Below the pieces are notes generated by a model. That model ran no database searches. It saw only the letters and a list, made by a program, of their open reading frames with translations, and was not told the DNA's origin. A stretch of 6,957 nucleotides of DNA, taken from Octopus sinensis. Its lineage: Eukaryota. Below are positions 1 to 6,710 of this stretch, piece by piece; position 1 is the stretch's first letter, and every line of letters begins with the position of its first letter. The DNA lies in contig NW_021829088.1 in assembly GCF_006345805.1 (NCBI RefSeq), positions 1 through 6,957 on the forward strand. Direction: 5' to 3'. A program made the translations under genes and the position numbers.

Positions 1-110
1 TCCATTTATCCATTCATTCCTTTTTCTTCCCTTCTTTCCTTCCTTCCTTCCTTCCTTGCTTGCTTCGTTATTCATTCTTCTTTTTACTTCAGTCCTTCGT
101 TCGTTTTCTC
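1..110. repeat. Pyrimidine-rich low-complexity tract with a (TTCC)5 core
   Basis: Perfect TTCC x5 at 36-55 within degenerate TTCC/TTCA/TTCG units; runs to the window edge. Confidence 0.85.
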
Positions 111-158
111 ATTACTGAATCAAGACATTGTACATAGTGAGGTTACCCGAGGTATATC

Positions 159-547
159 GGAGGCGCAATGGCCCAGTGGTTAGGGCAGCGGACTCGCGGT
201 CGTAGGATCGCGGTTTCGATTCCCAGACCGGGTGTTGTGAGTGTTTATTGAGCGAAAACACCGAAAGCTCCACGAGGCTCCGGCAGGGGATGGTGGTGAT
301 CCTGCTGTACTCTTTCACCACAACTTTCTCTCACTCTTACTTCCTGTTTCTGTTGTACCTGTAATTTCAAGGGGCCGGTCTTGTCACTCTCTGTGTCACG
401 CTTGAATATCCCCGAGAGAACACGTTAAGGGTACACGTGTCTGTGGAGTGCTCAGCCACTTACACGTTAATTTCACGAGCAGGCTGTTCCGTTGATCGGA
501 TCAACCGGAACCCTCGTCGTCGTAACCGACGGAGTGCTTCCACACAC
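159..547 (+). mobile_element. Full-length tRNA-derived SINE (SINE-1), tRNA-Arg-like head, (CA)n tail
   Basis: A box TGGCCCAGTGG 169-179 and B box GGTTTCGATTCC 212-223. The head aligns by eye with the tRNA-Arg layout (GACT-anticodon-TC..GAT..TTCGA). The 3' half (355-527) is about 80% identical to 4168-4288. Ends in CACACAC. TSD ACCCGAGGTATATC (145-158) / ACCCGAGGTATGATC (548-562). Confidence 0.92.
169..223 (+). promoter_or_regulatory. Internal RNA polymerase III type-2 promoter (A and B boxes) of SINE-1
   Basis: Matches TRGCNNAGYGG and GGTTCGANNCC (one extra T) at tRNA-like spacing. Confidence 0.75.
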
Positions 548-1626
548 ACCCGAGGTATGATCTTAGGGTTGTAGTGGTTGATAATGTGGTTACTATTGAT
601 GGTCCGACACTTCTTTGTTCAGGAGGTACATTAGCCTGTATTAGTCACCATGTGACTGAAGTGTAGAGTTTTGGAGCCAGATGGCGGTGTTGATTGCTTG
701 AAAGACGTAGCGAGCTTATGTGTTGCAATATAAGTTGTGTTGTGGATATTTACATCGTCTGTACCTTGGGACATTGGTGTTTGTCTCCCCAAGATGGGAC
801 GAACACCGGACGTCTGAAACTACAGACTTCAATAATTGTTTAGAGATATCTCTTTCAACATGAAACCAAAGGTAATCTGGTTACCCCACGAATGAAGAAC
901 ATTCATACACCAATATGGTGTCGAACACTCATTCTCACTGTTCGATGTTAACGTAACACGTCGCGTGCGCACATTATTTTTAAACAAGAATAGTATTGGC
1001 TTCATGTCTTTTGTTAAAGAATAAGAAATATGTACTCTGCATTAAGTACTGCGTAACCCTTCAGTTTCAACGTAAAAGTGTTCATAATATAACTTGACAT
1101 AAAAAAAAACCATACATTGATACATATATAGAATTCATTTGACTTAAGCTAATTTTGGATAGTCTTGAAACCGTTGTGTTAACATGTATTTTCGGATATA
1201 ATTCATTTGAATGGCATTTCCTGTATCTAAATATGTCGATCCAACAGAAACGATCATCGGCTTTGTATGGTGAATTCTACAATGAAAGGTGTGATTTTCT
1301 CCATCCGTATTTTTGTTGTTATATATATGTGGTGGGGGTGAGGAGTAAATACATAGAGATTATTAAATCCGAACTGGGTCTTGTCAGCACTCCTGCGAAT
1401 ACTAGTTAAAGAATGTATGGAAATGGACAGTTTCCTTTAAAGGGCACCATTCATAAAGATTTAAATTCCATGTATAATAAATTAGTTGCAGAGTAGAATA
1501 TAATAAGTCCAAGAATGGAATTTGGAGAATTGCAGTTGTTCCTTAGTTACGTGCGTTTCAATAATACATGGTAGATATATTCCTCTTTCCATGAATGTAA
1601 GTATGAATTAAAATTTTAATGATTTT

Positions 1627-2026
1627 TTATTCTCGTGTACTCTAGGCACAAGACCCGAACGTTTTGGGGAGGAGGCAAGTCGATTAGATCGACCCCAGTA
1701 CGCAACTGGTACTTAATGTATCGACCTCGAAAGGATGAAAGGCAAAGTCGACCTCGGCGGAATTTGAACTCAGAATGTAAAGACAGACGAAATATTTATT
1801 TCTTACTACCCACAAGGGGCTAAACACAGTGGGGACAAACAAGGACAGACACACGGATTAAGTCGATTACATCGACCCCAGTGCGTAACTGGTACTTAAT
1901 TTATCGACCCCGAAAAAATGGATGGCAAAGTCGACCTCGGCAGAATTTGAACTCAGAACGTAACGGCAGACGAAATACGGCTATGCATTTCGACCGGCGT
2001 GCTAACGTTTGTGCCAGCTCGCCGCC
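1627..2026 (-). mobile_element. Composite (1.5-mer) SINE (SINE-2): full unit followed by a 5'-truncated second unit with a different tail
   Basis: Minus strand starts GGCGGCGAGCTGGC at 2026. B boxes GAGTTCAAATTC at 1954-1943 and 1771-1760. A-rich end. TSD TAATGATTTT at 1617-1626 and 2027-2036 flanks the whole composite. A diverged homolog lies at 2410-2597 plus 2873-2900. Confidence 0.9.
1677..1977. repeat. Internal 118-bp direct repeat of SINE-2 (1677-1794 and 1860-1977)
   Basis: Ungapped alignment at offset 183 with 13 mismatches in 118 bp (about 89% identity). Confidence 0.95.
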
Positions 2027-2597
2027 TAATGATTTTATAATATTATATCATATGTGATTCATATAAATTTCATCAGAGAGGGTTACAAAGCAATACAATA
2101 TACGCTTGGAAAATTCTGGTATTTATAGATAATGTATTACGAAAGATGGAGGAGCAGCCAGTAGGTCGATTGACCACATACACACATCCACGATGTCAAG
2201 GGATGCGGAGCTGGGACAGTAGAGCTCCTTTGGCAGATCATGAGGACCAGATATTAAATATAGCAATTTAAATGTGCTTTTGAATCGATTAGTTCTTATC
2301 TTGTTTTAGTGGGTATTTTTTTATTATTTATCTTGAGTTCTAAGACTCACACGACCGGTGACTCGGTTTCCACGATATCCCAACAGCCTCCGGAACTGGA
2401 CGCCGGTCCGATGCAAAAGTCAAGGCCAACAATTTTGAAGGGAGGGGCATTCAATTACATCGACTCCTGTACTTGACCGGTACTTTATTTTATCGAACCT
2501 GAAGAGACGAAAGTTGAACCCAGTAGGATTTGAACTCAGAATGTAAAAATCCGGAAGAAAAGTCACTAAGTATCTTGTCCGGCGTGCTAACAATTTT

Positions 2598-2872
2598 TTT
2601 TATTCATTAGATTGGCCATAAAGGCCTTACAAAGAAAGGAAGCTGCGGGCTGGAAGAAGACATAATGAAATGAAATGATAAACGATATGATAATAATGAA
2701 GGCAACAGCAACGCCCGCCGATTGTTGTTTACCCGAGCACATTGTTCTTAATAAATACCATATCTGAGGCAACAAACCTCTTACATAGTTCAAAGTAAAA
2801 CATCAATGAGGCAATAAACCTCTTACATTTACAACACAAAAACCATTGTGGGGCAAAAAACCTCTTACACAA
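2598..2872 (-). mobile_element. 275-bp poly(A)-tailed retro-insertion (5'-truncated LINE 3' end or retrocopied 3' UTR) nested in SINE-3
   Basis: Perfect 14-bp TSD GTGCTAACAATTTT at 2584-2597 and 2873-2886. Minus strand ends ...CTAATGAATAAAAAAAA, with AATAAA running into an A8 tract. Removing the insert restores the SINE head. Confidence 0.88.
2765..2870. repeat. Three 22-bp repeats at an exact 42-bp period with 20-bp variable spacers
   Basis: TGAGGCAACAAACCTCTTACAT 2765-2786, TGAGGCAATAAACCTCTTACAT 2807-2828, TGGGGCAAAAAACCTCTTACAC 2849-2870. Confidence 0.92.
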
Positions 2873-2916
2873 GTGCTAACAATTTTGCTACCACGCAGCC
2901 TTAGTTCTTGTCTTTA

Positions 2917-3150
2917 CTTAGTAAAAATAAAGTAAGATCTCAGGACATGACAACCTCATAATGCTGGTTACTTGATTTTTTCACCGAGATCACAACATTC
3001 CCTTTGACGGGAAGCTAGTTCGTTACAATATAAATGAAGTAACGTGAGACGAAGTGTTTTGCTCATAGCCACAGCGCACCGCCCGTTCCATAAATCGAAA
3101 TCATGGTCTTGCTATAGCGTGTGTAACACCCTAACCACTAAGCTACGCGC
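2917..3150 (-). mobile_element. Degenerate tRNA-head SINE with CORE-like body (SINE-4)
   Basis: A box TAGCTTAGTGG (3145-3135) and a decayed B box (3102-3091). Body TGAGCAAAACACTTCGTCTCACGTTAC resembles SINE-5 TGAGCAAGACAATTTATTTCTCTTTAC. TTTAC-like terminal repeats. Candidate TSD CTTGTCTTTA at 2907-2916 and 3150-3159. Confidence 0.75.
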
Positions 3151-3639
3151 TTGTCTTTAGATACTGAAATTTCTATTCTGAACGCAGAGAACCAAATAGC
3201 AGAAAAAACGGATATTTAGTGTCAGCAACGATGCGTAGAACACGAGAATTCTATTGAGGGTGATAACAACATCTAACAATCTGCCCAGCAGCGTACTCAC
3301 AATATTTCCTAGAAATAGAGCGATGATATCCATAGGAGATAATAAATATCTGGATGGCTTCAATTAATCTAAATTTAATTTAACAATATCGATCTAACAC
3401 GAAGATTCCTGCGGTTCATATATATTGGCTGAGTCTCCTATTTCTGGTTTCCCAAATTTGATACACATCGATCTCGGTTTTCGAATTACCTTTGGTCAGT
3501 CAACCGGACAGTAACCATTCATTACCTGGTCACAAACAGAAATGAAAGAGAAAAGGAGGAAAAAGGGGTGTGTTTCTTATTTGAGCCTTACTAATTTTAA
3601 CTAGCTCGGATGCTAACAGAGTGACGAAGGAAACCTCTG

Positions 3640-3826
3640 CCTGCTTATTTCACCTGCTAGAAATAACAGCGAAATCTACTTCGGTTCAGATGTTGATATA
3701 CTGAAACGAAAAAGGATAATGTAGTGCTGTGTATATGCTGCCTCTTTAAACAAGGCTGGATGGTCATAGTTGGAAAGATTTTTGGTCAGGTTTTGATTCG
3801 ACCAGTTTTGAACTGAGAGCAACACA
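3640..3826 (+). mobile_element. Diverged interspersed repeat fragment, copy A (probable retroelement 3' portion)
   Basis: Two collinear blocks shared with 5638-5870: 3659-3678 vs 5648-5667 (17/20) and 3751-3781 vs 5797-5827 (26/31). Outer boundaries are approximate. Confidence 0.6.
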
Positions 3827-3867
3827 TCGGAATTAACAGCTTCGATAATGTCATATTCATATATTCA

Positions 3868-4022
3868 CCCATCCATCCATCCATCAATCCACCCACCGAT
3901 CCATCCATCCATCCATATATATTTATAAATATGTGCATGTATACACATCCATCCAACCATACATACATACACACATACATTCACACATACATTTATACAC
4001 ACACGCATAACCTACATATATA
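3868..4022. repeat. Compound microsatellite (CCAT)n then (CATA)n/(CA)n
   Basis: ATCC units at 3869-3916, followed by degenerate CATA/CA units. Confidence 0.85.
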
Positions 4023-4027
4023 CGTAA

Positions 4028-4288
4028 ATAGCTGTAGCTCAGTGGTTAGGAGTATTCGGCTCGCGATCGTAAGATTGTGAGTTCGATTTCCGGCGGCGCG
4101 TTGTGTCTTTTGAGCAAGACAATTTATTTCTCTTTACTCCACTCCACTCACCTGGCAAAAATGAGTAGTACCTGTATTTCAAAGGGCCGGTCCCGTCACA
4201 CTTTATGTCACACTGAATCCCGCTGAGAACTACATTAAGGGTAAGCGTGTCTGTGGAATGCTCAGCTGGAACACTCGTTGTCGTAACC
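4028..4288 (+). mobile_element. tRNA-derived SINE with CORE-like body and the SINE-1-type tail (SINE-5), internally deleted
   Basis: A box TAGCTCAGTGG 4035-4045 and B box GAGTTCGATTTC 4079-4090. Tail 4168-4266 aligns to 355-456, and 4267-4288 aligns to 506-527 (19/22). No convincing TSD. Confidence 0.88.
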
Positions 4289-4377
4289 ATCTGAAATCCA
4301 GAACGCACACACACACACTTACAAGCGCACATTGATATAAAAACACCTTCAAACTGAGCACAAGACAGAAATCGTGG

Positions 4378-4480
4378 AAGCCCGGTGGATGTGTTGTACC
4401 AAAGAATTATGTTATGTGTACACGTGACTGAAACACACCAATTCAATGTGTAATATTGATCGTCGAAACTGACGGAGGTC
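4378..4480 (+). mobile_element. Highly degenerate third copy of the SINE-1/SINE-5 tail
   Basis: 4404-4430 vs 418-443 (21/27) and 4461-4477 vs 518-534 (15/17), in the same order. Confidence 0.55.
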
Positions 4481-4540
4481 CATGTTGCTTTACATCTGAA
4501 ATAAGTTTCTTTGTAAGTAAATATATTCGCATACACACAG

Positions 4541-4665
<125 letters not shown>

Positions 4666-4707
4666 GTACTTATATCCATGAACATGTTTGTACGTGCGTA
4701 TAAAATA

Positions 4708-4840
4708 TGTGTGTGTGTGTGTGTGTGTTGTTAGATTAATACAGGCACATACATAAGCGCATATATTATAATATATATATGTGTGTGTATACACACACAC
4801 ATACATATATACGTAAATACATAATACACACACATACATA
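4708..4840. repeat. (TG)10 plus mixed TA/TG/CA microsatellite
   Basis: TG run at 4708-4727, then mixed dinucleotide units. Confidence 0.85.
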
Positions 4841-5223
4841 TGCCTATAGATATAGTTATCAGTTTATATGGCAGCAATCACACTTCACAAACTGTTTGCC
4901 CACCAGCGATGTATTGGAAGATATTGAAGACAACTAAAGTGCTTCAGAAGATGGACCGGTGTTAATCGATCCACTTCTTCGTCGTATTTATAGAATGAAA
5001 CGAACGCCTTGTCTGTGGGACATGGGTTAATTAATGTTACGCCATATTGAATGAGAGACCGGCGTTTTTGCCTTATATAACAGACGTTGAAGCAGTTATA
5101 GATGTACGAAGATACAAATGTATGTCGATCGATACGTATAAATCACATACAGAGAGATGTAAGCATTCATGTATATGTAAAACATTCATGCATATGTAAA
5201 CACACACAGCCCTCCACACGGAC

Positions 5224-5228
<5 letters not shown>

Positions 5229-5255
<27 letters not shown>

Positions 5256-5268
5256 GAAGAGAGAGAAG
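5229..5268. repeat. (GA)n microsatellite
   Basis: (GA)13 at 5229-5254 plus a degenerate extension. Confidence 0.95.
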
Positions 5269-5384
5269 TATTATACGTACATTACAGACAATACTTACAT
5301 TACAGAGAGGGAGACACTTGTTCTTTGGCAAGAAAGTCTAGGCCCTTGCCTCACTTTTGAGGTTTTACAACTAATACATTGTAC

Positions 5385-5630
5385 ACATACATACATATAC
5401 ATACATACATACATACATACATTACATACATACATATAGATAGATAGATATATATACTGAGTGATATTGCGTTTTTAAGACCAAACTTGTGTGTATGTGT
5501 TCATATACATACATACTCAGTTATATATATATATATAACTCTGTCTGTGTATGTGTGTGTACGCGCGTGCGTATACATAAATATGTATACGCACATATAT
5601 ATGTGTATGTATATATATGTGTATGTATAT
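5385..5630. repeat. Compound microsatellite region: (CATA)n, (GATA)n, mixed TA/TG
   Basis: CATA/GATA units at 5385-5456, and mixed TA/TG runs through 5630 with short unique gaps. Confidence 0.8.
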
Positions 5631-5637
5631 GTGGCCG

Positions 5638-5870
5638 ATTAACTTGCAGAAATAGCAGCTAAGTCTATCAGAAACATTGTTCTATATATATATATATATA
5701 AAGTTTTAATTCAAATTGCTTTAAAACGGATTTATATAAGAAGACTAGGGGCGATTTCAAGCGGATATTATAAACCTAGAAATAGTATGTAGAAATCAAG
5801 GCAGGATAGTCATGGCTGGAAGGATTTCGTTGTGGGTCTGCTCGTTCAGGAATAACATAGAACTAAACAG
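5638..5870 (+). mobile_element. Diverged interspersed repeat fragment, copy B, with an internal (TA)9
   Basis: Same two blocks as 3640-3826, but spaced 149 bp instead of 92 bp; (TA)9 at 5683-5700. Confidence 0.6.
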
Positions 5871-5975
5871 CAGTAGCTATAACCGATCCCATTACCACTT
5901 CCACCACGACCCCCACAATAGCAACAATCCTCAAACCACCACCTCGACCACAACCACCACCACTACTACTACAAG
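5864..5975. repeat. Degenerate trinucleotide array (AAC/AGC/ACC/ACT)
   Basis: In-phase A-C-N and A-N-C triplets ending ACCACCACCACTACTACTAC. Confidence 0.75.
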
Positions 5976-5993
5976 TTCACAAACTCTTCTTTG

Positions 5994-6050
5994 ATATATA
6001 CACACACCAAATATATATATAGATATATATATATTATATCTATATATATA

Positions 6051-6089
<39 letters not shown>

Positions 6090-6100
6090 CATATATATAT

Positions 6101-6153
<53 letters not shown>

Positions 6154-6230
6154 ATATATATAAGTATATACATTCGATTACATATATATATATATATATA
6201 TAATATATATATACTATATATATATATATA

Positions 6231-6264
<34 letters not shown>
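5994..6264. repeat. Long interrupted (TA)n microsatellite, about 270 bp
   Basis: TA run. AA interruptions at 6111, 6132 and 6153 are 21 bp apart, suggesting a local higher-order unit. Confidence 0.97.
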
Positions 6265-6670
6265 GGCGCAGGAGTGGCTGTGTGTAAGTAGCTTGCTAAC
6301 CAACCACATGGTTCCGGGTTCAGTCCCACTGCGTGGCATCTTGGGCAAGTGTCTTCTACTATAGTCTCGGGCTGACCAAAGCCTTGTGAGTGGATTTGGT
6401 AGACGGAAACTGAAAGAAGCCCGTCGTATATATGTATATATATGTGTGTGTGCGTGTATGTTTGTGTGTCTGTGTTTGTCCCCCTAGCATTGCTTGACAA
6501 CCGATGCTGGTGTGTTTACGTCCCCGTCACTTAGCGGTTCGGCAAAAGAGATCGATAGAATAAGTACTGGGCTTACAAAGAATAAATCCCGGGGTCGATT
6601 TTCTCGACTAAAGGTGGTGCTCCAGCATGGCCGCAGTCAAATGACTGAAACAAGTAAAAGAGTAAAAGAG
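6265..6670 (+). mobile_element. Full-length bipartite tRNA-derived CORE-like SINE (SINE-6)
   Basis: A-box-like TGGCTGTGTG 6275-6284 and B box GGGTTCAGTCCC 6316-6327. CORE-like TCTTGGGCAAGT 6339-6350. Internal TA/TG microsatellite 6427-6478. Terminal (AGTAAAAG)x2. Flanked by (TA)n on both sides. Resembles my recollection of abundant octopus SINEs; exact family unverified. Confidence 0.9.
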
Positions 6671-6710
6671 TATATATATACACACACACACTCACAAACA
6701 GACACACACA
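6671..6710. repeat. (TA)5 followed by (CA)n microsatellite
   Basis: TATATATATA then CACACACACA and degenerate CA units. Confidence 0.85.

Larger units (their letters stand above)
2303..2900 (-). mobile_element. Diverged SINE of the SINE-2 type (SINE-3) with an extended tail, head split by a nested insertion
   Basis: Body 2410-2597 aligns to SINE-2 at roughly 70%, with a B box at 2537-2526. The head resumes at 2873-2900 (minus: GGCTGCGTGGTAGCAAAATTGTTAGCAC vs SINE-2 GGCGGCGAGCTGGCACAAACGTTAGCAC). TSD TTAGTTCTT(A/G)TCTT at 2289-2302 and 2901-2914 (13/14). Confidence 0.85.

Noticed and set aside
159-232. tRNA genes at the SINE heads (also 3150-3085, 4028-4100, 6265-6335)
   Set aside because: Acceptor and anticodon stems do not pair properly, and each head continues into a SINE body and tail.
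563-568. Telomeric hexamer TTAGGG
   Set aside because: Single copy with no array.
1053-2086. Possible terminal inverted repeat GTAACCCT (1053-1060) / AGGGTTAC (2079-2086)
   Set aside because: Only 8 bp, with no convincing extension and no TTAA or other TSD.
2500-2540. Hammerhead-like core CTGAAGA-GAC-GAAA
   Set aside because: Helix II is essentially absent, helix I cannot form, and the motif arises from decay of the SINE body on the antisense strand. CTGATGA at 2076-2070 (minus) also lacks a following GAAA.
2587-2793. 68-aa minus-strand ORF with a transmembrane-like stretch
   Set aside because: The hydrophobic run comes from T-rich UTR-like sequence. The ORF starts within the array and ends in the poly(A)/TSD. 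No recognisable family.
2765-2870. CRISPR-like repeat-spacer appearance (22-bp repeats, 20-bp spacers)
   Set aside because: Only three repeats, the spacers share AAA(A/T)A-CAT-like similarity, there are no cas genes, the context is eukaryotic and SINE-rich, and the array lies inside a TSD-flanked poly(A) insert.
1155-3363. ORFs 1155-1409 and 3157-3363 in unique AT-rich sequence
   Set aside because: Short, with no recognisable homology or motif; consistent with chance.
4024-4523. Possible TSD GTAAATA around SINE-5 and the downstream tail fragment
   Set aside because: A 7-bp AT-rich match is likely by chance.
4039-4536. 165-aa minus-strand ORF, and SINE-overlapping ORFs 112-321, 1635-1823, 6081-6500 and 6494-6841
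   Set aside because: They run through SINE sequence and microsatellites, with no recognisable domains or transposase/RT motifs.
4948-5025. Peptide DGPVLIDPLLRRIYRMKRTPCLWDM with a MADF-like PCLWD motif between weak splice-like sites
   Set aside because: Only a five-residue resemblance, stops on both sides, a weak donor site, and no downstream MADF residues. An 85-codon stop-free frame on the opposite strand (5142-4888) is also within chance expectation.
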